A stretch of 64,000 bases of DNA from Takakia lepidozioides (lineage: Eukaryota; Plantae; Bryophyta): positions 6,262,001-6,326,000 of the forward strand of contig CM060732.1 of the NCBI GenBank assembly GCA_030704615.1. Direction: 5' to 3'. How positions within the stretch are numbered: position 1 is the first letter of the stretch; every line of letters begins with the position of its first letter. The notes below the pieces were generated by a model. It saw only the letters and a list, made by a program, of their open reading frames with translations. It did not search any database and had not been told where the DNA came from. The position numbers and the translations under genes are program-made. This document shows, piece after piece, positions 38,033 through 49,321 of the stretch.

Positions 38033-41000
38033 TCAAGAACTATTGGAGGTTTCAGAGGAACTACTTCCAGAGTCTGCAGCAATATCATCTATGAACACAG
38101 CAGTCCATCCGCGACGTTTTTTTTTTCCGCGACCCCCATGGAGAGGCGAATACATTGTTTGTTGGGACAACATCCCTGCGCAAGCTTCCGCGTAAACCGG
38201 CAAGCGGTAAGCTCTAGGGGGACTCGGGGACATGTAGTATCCTTGGAAACCGAAATGTGTCTGCGTATTCGATGACTGGTGCCGAACTCTGGAAAGCAAT
38301 AAGATGAATGGTGGTAGATGTTATCATCCAGAAATAGACAATGTAAGCAACCATCTGTCGAACGGGAATGACACAAGGAAATGCAACATATTTTGCACGA
38401 CTAGAGCCGAACTTACTCACACTCAAAATCGTCCACGTTGAGATCCTCGTCAGGCGCTTCGGGCTCCTCAAGAAGTCCCTCTATGGATGGGGCAGAAGTA
38501 GTGCCCGACTCAAGCTGATGAAGCTCGCTTGAGAAGAGCTCTGTATCAGCCTCCATGCCGAAGAAGTGCCTTCCGACGCTTTTGCATGCATGAAAAGATG
38601 TCCCTGCAAATCAAAGATGAACGAGAAATCAAAACAGGGCTTCCCTAAGCTCACTGCCCACATTTCAAACATAGTGTTCAGGGGCCCCACCTGTTCCCAT
38701 AGACAAGTCAACCACTCGTCCACCGTGACGGCTGCATGTCTCCAACAAAGTCTGCATGAAAGCTGGGGATTTCTCCCGTGCACCTCTCCAAGGGACACCA
38801 GTCGACCTTTTCGTAGTTCGACCCGAGTCCACGTAATTGAAGATTACATCATCCTCCACTGCAGGCTCGCAGGTGGGGTCAATGTGAGCTGCAAGGTCCC
38901 TCAACTGGAACTCAGCAATACCAGGAGGAAGAGTGTCCTTACGCACCCTCACCAGGGCTTCGAACACCCGAGTCTGTCAATAATCACGAAGAGAGCATGA
39001 GGCAAAAGACACGAACCAACTTTTGACATTTACTGAAGAACCACGAAACTTTAATTCAAAGGAACCAACTCACTTTCTGCCCCGGGAACTCGCCCTTCGT
39101 AAGAGGCAGAGTGTTGATGCATGTCCAAGTTTTGATGACATGAAACCCGGAAGCTTTCATGTAGCTGAAAAGAGTTCTCCGTGCCGACATGTCCTTTGAC
39201 TGCATGAGAAGAAGAGCCCCCGAGTCAGAAAGGAATTTGTTGCTGAATGAGAAAGCCCACTGCCAGTAGTGCCGCGGCGTTGTTGTTAAGGTTTCTCAAA
39301 ACAACTTCATCGAATGGTGTGTCCAGTTTTGGCAGATCGAGGTACCACCCACAGTCTCTGAAGTGCGCCCTGCTCCAGTCTCTAGCAATACCAACCGTGT
39401 ACATTGTCTTGTCATTGGAGGGGTCAGCCCATGAGTAGATGAAGTCTAGGTCATCGCTAAGGTACTTTCCCGGTATGAGGACATGATACATATACCTGAA
39501 TGACACACACACCCAAAATCCAGACAGTCAATCGATCTGATCAGGACACAGATCACACATCACGAAAAGGGTATTGGCATGCAGGTCAGTATCACTGATA
39601 AACTAACGTTTGAAAGCCCGAATCAACCTTGCGTTGACGCAATGTTGATTCGAGTTGAAATGGAAAACACCAAATTTGGAGAACTGCACTTTCAACAAGC
39701 ACCTACGAGAGGGAAAGCCCATTATCCTAAAACATCTCATGCACAACATGGAACCCCAATCAACCTTGCGTTGACGCAAAGAAGATTGGCGGATACACCT
39801 ATGATAATGTAGCATTCAAAAAGACAGTGATTGACAACGGAATTCAACATTGCGTCAACGCAAGGTTGTTTTCATTAACAGAGGAAATGGAAAATAGTGC
39901 TTGAAAACAACCATCCGAAGATCTGCTGGTATGGATATTCAACCTTGCGTTGACGCATTGAATTCCTCTGCTGAAACACCTGTCCATGGTATTTGATAAC
40001 CTTAACTTTCCTACAATTGTATGGAAATCGGGGTATTTTTGCGGGACATTTTTAGCAATCCATACCGTCAAACAACGTTGCGTCAACGCAAGGCTGTTTG
40101 TTGGTACAGTGTAAGCTCTAAACAGCATTTCAAACAGACTCCAAACAGACTTTAAGTTCATCCTGGCAGAATTGGAACTGGAAACCACCAAAAAAACAGC
40201 CCAAGAACACAGGAAAACCTACATAGCCTGGCCCTTCATCAATCTTGCGTTGACGCAAGGTTGATTTGCCTGTCAGTTTTGGCCCTTTCACATGCAGAAA
40301 AACGACATCATTGGATACCCCAGGTACATGTGTGAAACCAAAACAACGGGATACAAGCTTGCGTTAACGCAATGTTGCTTGGCTGCACGTCCAGAGCCTT
40401 CAGAGCTCCCTCAAAACCTCCAAATTTGCAGTTCTACATGGAAAAAATGACACAAGAATACACAAGCATACACTTCAAGTACCAGATTTGTTTCTTGGAG
40501 GTCAAACCTGTACAACACTCGTTTCATTGCTTACTCGCTGTTGTACTAGTTTTTGAATTCGTAGGACCTGGAGATTCTTTTGTCTCTCTCGAACTCCTTG
40601 AAGAAACAGTTGTTCCAGACAACGAGCTTCCATCTCTTGATATAGGCCTCCAGTGTGATCTGGGGACAAGCCATCTAGATTTTGTAGTCTGCCATTGACT
40701 CCCCAAGTGCAGCCACCGCTCATTTTTCCAACTGTAGCAACAAAGATCATAAGAATTGTGGAGAGAGCACGGAGCAGCACAAGCATTTGAAAATGATTTG
40801 TGGAAATCTTACCTGGCTCCAGAAGGTTGCTTTGTGTAGCCACTGGTCGAATGTGTGGTCGCTAACAACTTTTATTGTTTGTGTCTTCGAGTCCTTCTCA
40901 GGAGATGGGAACATGTTGGTGTCTCTCACAAGTGGATCGGAATTCCAGATCTCCAACCACCTGATTTTGGTTGCATTGTCCACCATTGAAATGGAAAGGC

Positions 41001-42260
41001 AATGCAGTTTCTCTTGGGTCATCTCTGGCTTGGAGCTATACTTGTCATAATGTGCTTTCACCTATTCCAGAAATTCCGTGCCAAGACTTGGATCTGCTAT
41101 GCGGATTTGTTTGTCGAACGCACTCATGAGGTTCTTCCTTTGATTGTTCATCTCGAATTTCATAATGTCCTCAAGCCTAGTTGCAGACCTCTGCTCTTCT
41201 GTGTGGGAAGCATAGTACTATGCTTTCGCCTTCAAACCAGTTTCTGCTATTTCTTGCTACATACATTACAGGGAGAAAGAATCAAACACTGCCGTTTATT
41301 GATAAAATTTGCAGTAACAACAATCAAACAGATGTCAAGAAGCTTACCGTGTACATGTAGTCAAGAAAAGCCTCCTTTGTCAGGCTGTACCATGTGCTTG
41401 TCTTCTTTTCAACACACCTCTTCATCTGTTGAGGACTGAGCACGTTCGTGAATGACTCCAGTGGCATCCGCCCTATCTTCTGGATACGGAATAGAGTGTG
41501 GCAGAGATTTGTCGTCACATGGGAGGTTTCATTGGACCTGGAAAAACCTTCAACTCATAAGATGATTTCTAATTGTGCAAACGCAGATCGGAACGGGAAC
41601 AATGTTGGTAACTTACTTGTTTATGTCGTGCATGGCTGTCAAGAGCTGCGTGACACGTCCTTTGTGGTCGACTACCATGGAAACCACGCTCCAGTGCCAT
41701 TCGATCTCGTCCGAGTGCAAGCTTGAAATGTAATCCATCCAGGCAAGCAGTCTATGGTTTCCATCCCAGACAAAAAACATCTTTCCCATAAACGTTTTTG
41801 TGGAGGCTTTTTTGGACAGCTTGAACTCAAACTCCCTGTTTACATCCCGCCAGCATGCATCCCAACTTTGCTCTATGTCCTCTCTTACAAGACACTCCTC
41901 ACCTTTCGTGTTCATAGTGGATACATAGAGCACTGCAGATCCCTTGACATAGCCGTGAACAAAATCGTTCTTCAACTTCGTGATGTCGTTCCTCAATGCG
42001 GGTCAAACCGCGGGCATGGAGATCATCCTGCATAGTGGGATAACCAGGTTTCCGCCGGGAACCTCCATCGACAGAATCACCTTCGAGGAGTTCTCTTTAT
42101 GCCCACCCATAACCTCCTCGGCCTTGTCTTCATAGTGTCCCTCAAATGACTCTTCCTCACCATCACCTTCTACCACTGCCGCATCTCCCCCCACGGATTT
42201 CCGTTTTCTTTTCCTCTGCAGATAATGAATATCCTTGTGAGTGACAGATTGAGCTCCCAT
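38033..42260 (-). pseudogene. Transposon accessory gene: ParB/Srx-like N-terminal domain fused to a beta-class N6A/N4C DNA methyltransferase-like C-terminal domain (multi-exon, disrupted)
   Basis: Exon 1 (42260-41617): IPLCRMISMPAV*PALRNDITKLKNDFVHG...KMFFVWDGNHRLLAW. The spliced C-terminus PWRGAREKSPAFMQTLLETCSRHGGRVVDLSMGTG|TSFHACKSVGRHFFGMEADTELF matches the N6_N4_Mtase pattern KPxxLxxxLIxxxSxxGxxVLDPFxGSGTTxxAAxxxGRxxIGxE. Several nonsense codons. A deletion at about 39272 removes the catalytic-motif region seen in the family C copy. Confidence 0.78.
39619..40377. repeat. Intronic array of 7 dispersed palindromes, consensus (ATC)AACCTTGCGTTGACGCAAGGTT(GAT)
   Basis: Copies at about 39621, 39758, 39844, 39938, 40069, 40238 and 40354, in both core orientations, with largely unrelated spacers. 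All lie in the intron at about 39496-40471. Confidence 0.95.
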
Positions 42261-42262
42261 GG

Positions 42263-42822
42263 ATCAACCTCGCAAGGTTGATTGATGGGGATGTAGCTTA
42301 GTACCGCAACGGTCCATTGAACCCACTAAATGCTTTGCGTTGACGCAGGGTTCTTTTGGGGGCTTCAGATAATCGACTTTCCCTACTTTGCGGTTCCTGG
42401 TGCGAGACTTCGGATGCTGGGAGTGGCATCAAAATCAGCCTCGCGTCAACGCAAGGTTGATTCGAGTGCTGAATCTGCTTCATGTCACCTTCATAAACAT
42501 ACACTTTGGAGGTCGACATCAACCTTGTGTTGACGCAAGGTTGATGTCGAGCTCTCAGATTGGTGTTCAACAAACAACAAAATCAGATGGAAAAGCACAT
42601 TGCAACTTATGGTTTCTTCTTGGCACTTTTTGATGCACCGGGAGCATTCAACAGTTCCATGGCTGCCAGGCGTTTAGGGTTGGTGGGAATGAACAAAAAA
42701 GGCACACGAATCAACCTCGCGTCAACGCAAGGTTGATTCGAGTGCAGCATCTACACTCGTTTCATGCCCATAACATACACTTTGGAGGTCAACATCAACC
42801 TTGCGTTGACGCAAGGTTGATG
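42263..42822. repeat. Second array of the same palindrome immediately upstream of the accessory-gene ATG (5 full copies plus 1 internally deleted)
   Basis: Copies at 42263 (core deleted), 42333, 42433, 42513 (38-bp near-perfect palindrome), 42707 and 42793. The last four arise partly from a duplication of about 280 bp. Confidence 0.95.
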
Positions 42823-43027
42823 CCGACCTCTCTGATTAGCATGGAACAGACAAAAACAAAAAAGGGAAAAAGAGGGTTGATAGTCCCTCCGGTTTCTTCT
42901 TTACACTCGATGATGCTCCTGAGGCATTTAACTTTTCCATGAGGTCTGGAGGCAGCATGCTTCCAAGGAGGTCCTGGTGGTGCGAAACAACGGCAGACGA
43001 CATTGTTTTTGTGTCCATCTCTCCTCC

Positions 43028-43336
43028 CTACTCTCTCAAGACCTGGTTCTCCACTCGCAGTGCTTCCTCCCGAGCCCAGCTGACTTCCTTGTCCTCCCCC
43101 CCTTCTATTGGAGGTTGCTCTTTGGTCGCCTCCGGGATCACTTCAAGACCTTCCTCTCCAAACAGTGGTTGCAGAATCGGGTTTTGGCGTTCGTCCTCAT
43201 CTCCGCCGGAGGTTTCTTCTCCCATTCTAAGTTCCCGTCTCACCTTCCTCATCCTCTCCTTAGCGCGTACCCTTTGCTTGTTTGATGTGAAGTAAAGTGT
43301 TCTTCGACGTTTTCTTCTCCCTCGGGATGTGGTCAC
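43028..43336 (-). other. Short charged ORF inside element B (possible upstream exon or third TE gene)
   Basis: A basic NLS-like stretch RGRRKRRR...QRVRAKERMRKVRRE is followed by an acidic stretch. I recognise no domain. Confidence 0.3.
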
Positions 43337-44027
43337 CGTCTCTACAGAATCCAGGGTTGCAAGGACAATAAGGAGAAGAAGGAAAAAAGGGGGCTACGGT
43401 GGGTTCACCGCAAGACCTTCCACGCCAAGATGATCGCTCGGAACGACCTGTGCGCCACAAGCTCATTCCACATGCATGGCGAACACGTGTCCATCTAACC
43501 GTTATGAATATCTCCGGAAATCATATTTTTCTCATCCACCGAAATTCGTTCGGGTCCACCTCTCATCCGAAAAATTTCATTGTTGAGTAATAGCTTTTGG
43601 GATATTTCAGAGGAATGTGAAGTATGTACAGTTGTATAGCGGTGCAGGTGCCGTTAAAATTGAATGGAAATGGGCATCTCATCTGGAATCTCTGACATGA
43701 CAGGCAAATGGCGGCTCTGTCAGTCAATCTTGCTGAGTTGGTTGTCCAATGCACTGGTGGGGCACCTGTGAGAAAATAGTTGGATTCTTTGATTAGGGCT
43801 GACATTATCCACTCCGCATTTGGGCACTCTGCGACCATCCACTTGGTTCGCATGGGGACACATTTCTATGATGTGCCGAACCGCATTAGGAGACCTGCAT
43901 GCGGGAGCGACACCTGCAATTGTGTGTAAGGACGTCTTCTATACAGCCAAAAAACTCCGCTCTAGTACAATCTGCAATCAGAAGCAACGTCGGACTCTGA
44001 ACTGTGCGTTTTGAAGCAACATTGACA

Positions 44028-47000
44028 ATGGCCTCCCAGCCCATGGGCTCCCTTGACGCGGACTTCTTCAGTGAGGACCACCCTGTCCCCTTTTCTTACG
44101 AGGTGGAAGATGACGGTTTTGCGGTGGTGCATGAACACGTGCTCGCAACGCAGTTTCGGTTGGAAAATAGAACTCTATTCCTTGAAAGGGAAGTGTACGA
44201 TGCCAATGGAAAACTGCTCAGTACGCGTTCCAGAAACCTTCGCATACTGCACCAACCACACAATGGAGAGTGACTCCAGGCAGATACAGGGTGCTCAGTG
44301 CTCCTCGGAGACAGTCTGCAGGATCGTTCGTTACTCCTGGCATGGCAGCATCAGTGGCCCAGGAGAAAACACCCATGGTTGTCAAGAAGGAGTCAAGTAC
44401 CGTTAACACTGTAGTTGAGCTTTCGGACTCATCGTCCGATGACGCCTGTGAAATACCGCCCGTGGATCAGCCATGTCCACATCAGGAAGCAGATGTGGAG
44501 GAGATCACCAGTGTCATTCCTAAACTGAAAGCCATGGGTGGGATGGCAGGATTCAAGAGTGAGTTGAGGGGGATTGACTGGAGCACTTTCAATGTTCAGA
44601 GGGTGGCATTCTTGCCGGAATCTTTTGATGGTAATATTGTTTTCGAGCTGCCTCCTCCTGGTCGTGTGGGGGGCATTTCCAGTCTCATGGAAGGAATGGA
44701 CAAAAAGCACGATGGGCACCCTTGGTGCCGCACAAAAACCTCCAATATTCACAACCACGACAACCTCATATTCAGGCGAACAGTCTGTAATGGGCACCTG
44801 AAATGCGAGAACATGAAATGCAGACACTTCGCATTGTCGAGTGTGCAAAACCAAAGCGAATGGGATGGTGTCAGTGAGAATCCATTCAAGCCTAGTGTGA
44901 CACCACCATACAGTAACACTTTTGTGTGCAAGTTCTGTAGGGTACCACCTTGCTGCCTTACAATGTGTGGCGCCAGAATGTACTATGTGGTGCATCGATT
45001 CAAAACCCTGAATAGAGCCTGTGTCCATTTCGGTTTTCACAACCACCCTGTGTCCAAGGGGGATTACAGGGAGAGCGTTGAGACAGTCTCGCGTCTGATA
45101 AGGCAAGAGTTGGATACCAATCCAACTAGAACCACATCTGCAATTGCCATGGGGGCGAGCAAGTCTTTTCTGGAAAGCCGTATTCTGTGTGCATCGGATT
45201 CGGTTGGAGGAAAACTGGAGGGACCAGCTTTGGACACTGTTATGGACCATTTCTCGACTTTGACTTCTCCAAACATTAGGAATCAGGTGAACGCTTTAAG
45301 AATGGGCTCTGGGAGCCAAGGTTATATGGACAATATTATGGATTTGAAGAAAATGAGCATGTCACAGCAGCTCATGTGGGAAGCTCTCATTCGTGTTATG
45401 GCCTCCAATGGTCTCCCATCTCTTAATTTTGTTGGTTTCATGGCCAACAATGCTCAAGCTAACTTCAACGTTGTCCGCATTGTATTTGAGACCGGAGATC
45501 CAAAAGTGCCAATGCTTGGAAGAGAACGTACGTGTCTTTTCCATTGGACACAATCCCTGGACAAACACACAAAGGCAGACATCAAGCCAGATATGTAGAG
45601 TATGCATCGTCAACTGTGCAAACAGTACAAAGACGCCAAAACTATGGGGGAAGCGAATACATTGTTCCAGACAATTCGTGCCTGGTGGTTCTCATCTGGA
45701 GCGGCATCGGAGGACAGTATGAGGGCACTGGAAGACTGGTTCGTATTTTGGCACTTCCGTTACCGACAGTGGGGAGCGGCCATGACAACGGTGAGCGGTT
45801 TGCATTCACCTTCCTTTGGGTGCTTCGGATATATCTTTCAGGGTCCCATCCTAATATCGGCTTTGTGTTTTTTTGCCTTGCAGCATATGTCCATTGAGGA
45901 GATGGCGGACATGCCGTCTTGCAATCTAGCGGAGATAGTGCACAATGCGTGGTTGCAGCAATCCGGCAAAAAAAAATAAAAATTGTATGCGGCTACGGCC
46001 GATGACCTTATCTGTGCTCTGCAGCAGCAAACCAGATACAGGTCATTCTTGAGGGGTGGCCTTGGAGGCAAAGGCCCAGACAGGAGCGAGTTGATGTTGC
46101 GGGCAGCCAGAAGATCGGGGGATCCCAGCAAAATAGCGCGGGCAGTGAGCATATGTGCAGATGGCACCCCCTCTCGTGGGAAGAGTTCCCCATCTGGAAG
46201 GCAAAGAGAGATTCGGGTCTTGCAAACGGAAATTGGATACCCCTCCCGGATCGGATGCAGATTCCCATAGGGCGGACCGGGTCAACTTCTCGACACCACG
46301 TGTTCCCTTGGATCAGAGATGGAATTGCGGAACATCCACAGGTGAGGGCCATTCTGCCCCAGACCGGACCCCTGCATCAAGCACTGTCACTGCAATGGTT
46401 GAAGACCAGAACGTGGTACCGCATGTAATAGAGTCCATGTGCTTGGACAAGGTTTGGCATATAGAACGCACAAGTGCTGGATCGCGTGTGAAATGCGCGG
46501 CGATCAGGGCCACCAATCATGAAAAATGTACATCATTAATATCCAGAGGGAAAGAACGCACTGCAGCTCATACATTCACTGGTTTGTTTCTCCCTTACGG
46601 CCAAGGAGAGGCAAAGAACCACAAGTTCTGGTTTTGCACTGACGATTGCGGGAGATATGTGCGTGGGACAGTGAGACCCTCCGTGGTGAGGAAACCTACT
46701 CCACCAACCGTGTGGCCTGTGAAGATGGGCACAGGTCTCACTCACCAAGAGATCGCAATGCTGGAAGAGGCGGGTTTCTCCCTAGCCAGACATTCCATTA
46801 CACGTGAAGGTGCTTCAAGTACAAGCGGTTCACGGGTACCTCCGCCTGACGCTCAGTTGTGGCCAACCAGACGGAATGGGAAGCTGGTTCGACGATTCCC
46901 TCCAACCGCAGAACACTATGGCAAAATCGAGTCCGCGAGAATGCTTCACGCTCGTGTTGCGGGAACAATGGAAGTGCTTGATCCAGGGTATGGTCGGGTC

Positions 47001-47267
47001 TTCACCATGATCTCATCCGCATCTCCGCTGCAGGACAAGACGTACAACATCACTGTTTCCAATTTTCCCAATTGTACCTGTCCTGATTTTGTTGGTATGC
47101 TTTCAAGTAGTTTGGGAAAGAGAGGGAAGTTCATACCGTGCAAACACCTTTACTTCGTCTTCTTGAGAAGGATGGTTTGTGATCCAAAGCGGGACTTCTT
47201 CATTCACCAAGCCACTATGAGTTTCAACGAAGTCAACATACTTCTACAGCGGCATACAAGCCCATAG
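44028..47267 (+). pseudogene. MULE transposase of element B: GCM/WRKY-like zinc finger + DDE + SWIM (disrupted)
   Basis: GCM-like region HDGHPWCRTKTSN...CNGHLKC...CKFC...CVHFGFHNHP; FMANNAQANF, CLFHWTQS, SCNLAEIVH; SWIM PNCTCPDF...PCKHLYF. Compared with element A, a deletion at about 45360 removes the first catalytic Asp region and the second Asp is Asn. Stops or frameshifts near 44270, 45598, 45979 and 46155. Intron at about 45791-45882. Confidence 0.9.
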
Positions 47268-47468
47268 AAAGCATGCACTTGACACTCCGAAATCTGTGTT
47301 TTCCTTGACTACAACTTGTAATGGAATGATTGTTCAAGTCCAGTGTCTCTCAATGTATGTCGTCTAACATCTTTGCTATGCGTGGGTCAATGCATTTGTC
47401 GCATTGGTTTGTCATTTTGTTTTCATTAGCAAGCACAAGAAACTACCTTCAGATAGACAGATGATCAA

Positions 47469-47663
47469 ATCAACCTCGTGTTAACACGAGGTTTACTTGG
47501 AGTTTTCCAAATCCCCCTTGTGCCGACACAAGGTTGATTTTAGTTCTAAGAAAACAACATTGTGTCAACACAAGGTTGATTTTAGTTCCAGGAAAACAAC
47601 CTCGTGTTAACACAACATTCATTTCAGTTCTAGGAAATGAAGCTCTTGTTAACAGAAGGTTGA
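47469..47663. repeat. Subterminal array of a CG-less variant of the family B palindrome (AACCTYGTGTYAACACRAGGTT), about 5 copies
   Basis: Perfect 22-bp palindrome AACCTCGTGTTAACACGAGGTT at 47472-47493. Further copies at about 47516, 47556, 47598 and 47643, with about 42-bp periodicity. Confidence 0.85.
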
Positions 47664-48589
47664 ACTCCAGGAAAGCCCGAAACCCTTCATCCGTTTCACC
47701 TTCATGTGGTGAAATCAGCAGTTGGGGACCCCACGGTTATAGGCCCACCTTCTTTGTGCTGATGTGGCATGACTTGGACCAGGCTCACGCCACGTCAGCA
47801 TCAGCACCACATCAGCTGCGTGAGCGTAGGCTCACGCCACATCATCGTTGTGTGAGCGTACGCTCACACGCTCACGCGCCAGGCTCATGCAGTAGCGTCG
47901 TTGCTTTCACAGTAACCGCGCCATGGAGGCTGAGAAATGGGACACCGCCCAATGGAAGGGGGAGAAGAGTATACCACACCCGTCAGTGTACAATAGCTTT
48001 AGGTAAATTGTTGATAAATTTGAATTGGTAAATAATTCATATGATTTATTTAGACATTTTTAATCAAATAAGTTAAAGTAAAAGATAAATTCAAAGTCAC
48101 CTACCATATGCATCTTTCAAAACTCTTACGTCACAAGAATCATCGGCATGCATCTTAGACATGTCGGGTGTACTGCACAAGACATCAAGATGTAAACTCC
48201 AAACTGTTGATTCACAGGGCAGAAGATTAGGTGGTGGCTAGGGAATTGCAAAAAGTATGTTGCACTACATCCAGTGAAGCACACCACTCCTGGCAACCTT
48301 GCCCTGTTCAACTGTCAACTGCCAACAATTTAGGCACAAATATCACTGGAGACCAGCACAGTTATATTAGATCAAAACCAAATACTTGGCAAACAGTTAC
48401 AGAAGACTGATACCAACCTATGTAGACAATAAGTCATAACTACCAATAATCCATCAATGACCACTTGCTCTTTGAAATGGAAAATGCAAGATCCATGTCA
48501 CATATATCAGAGCTATTAATACCACAGCTCAAACCAAGTGAGAACCTAGTCTGCCCACGAGGCAAGGGGAACAATGTTCCACTTCGTTG

Positions 48590-48862
48590 AGATCAGCTCT
48601 TGCGTCACCACGTACTCAAGATCCATATAACCTGCTCACAACAAAGAATGCCAAGGAGCAGGGGATGCAAGGCAGCGGGTGGAGTGACAGAAATAGATTG
48701 GCATCCTCTTCTAGAAACACCATTGTGCAGGCCGGGGTATAGTACTTTGACGTTTGCCACAAGATCCTACTTGGGGTGCCTCGGACATCTGTGGTGACAG
48801 GCTCAAAGATGGAAGCCTTGTTTGGTGCAGCATGTGCCAAACCAAAGTCAGCAACGTCCTGT
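48590..48862 (-). pseudogene. Receptor-like kinase fragment (subdomains VII-VIII, At1g49730-like)
   Basis: DVADFGLAHAAPNKASIFEPVTTDVRGTP, an intron, then GYMDLEYVVTQEL. The rest of the kinase is absent. Confidence 0.75.
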
Positions 48863-49321
48863 CGGCCTCACTGTCAAACCCACAGACAGAAAGATATGAT
48901 AGAGAAAATAAGCTTGCCCCAGTCACAAAGTAAGTGGCAGTATAAAAGAGCCCACCTAACAGCAGACAGTAGCCCTCACGAGTGAAGCCTCCTTCATACA
49001 CCAAAGCTCCAGTCAGCATTGTCTTCCTCAAGGGGACACCACTGGTCTAGAACCAAGAAACTGGCTTGCCACATAGCCTCAACACAACAGATAAGCTACT
49101 GCTTGAAGAATTCAGCTGATTACAAGTGCAAATTATGTACCCTAAATAGTAAGGATGTAAATTGTTTCATCTACCTTTTGATTGGTCTGTCCTGGTCGGG
49201 CTCGAACTCGCTGGGAACGAATCTGAATATCACCCCGCTTCCAGTAGCTAACCAGGGAAATGTGGTGAGGCTCACCATCAGTAAGAAAAGCTACCCATCA
49301 AGACATGATAGGCAGGACTCC

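Larger units (their letters stand above)
37557..47903. mobile_element. Full-length (about 10.3 kb) Mutator-like transposon, family B, with divergent transposase and ParB-methyltransferase-like genes; decayed
   Basis: TSD CTTTCACAG at 37548-37556 and 47904-47912. Imperfect TIRs built from GTGAGCC/GGCTCAC repeats: left GCTTGCGCGTGAGCCTGGTCGCGTGAGCCTGTGAGCC, right (reverse complement) GCTACTGCATGAGCCTGGCGCGTGAGCGTGTGAGCG. AGGCTCACGCCACGTCAGCA occurs near both ends. Confidence 0.9.

Noticed and set aside
39619-40377. CRISPR-like appearance of palindromic repeats with unique spacers (also 63220-63943)
   Set aside because: Spacers are long and irregular (about 60-150 bp). Core orientation alternates in family B, and family C spacers show higher-order duplication. 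There are no cas genes, and the arrays lie in spliceosomal introns of a eukaryotic TE.
38033-42260. Bacterial or phage contamination as the source of the ParB-methylase-like gene
   Set aside because: The gene has multiple GT-AG introns shared between two diverged copies and lies inside a TSD-flanked plant transposon contiguous with plant genes.
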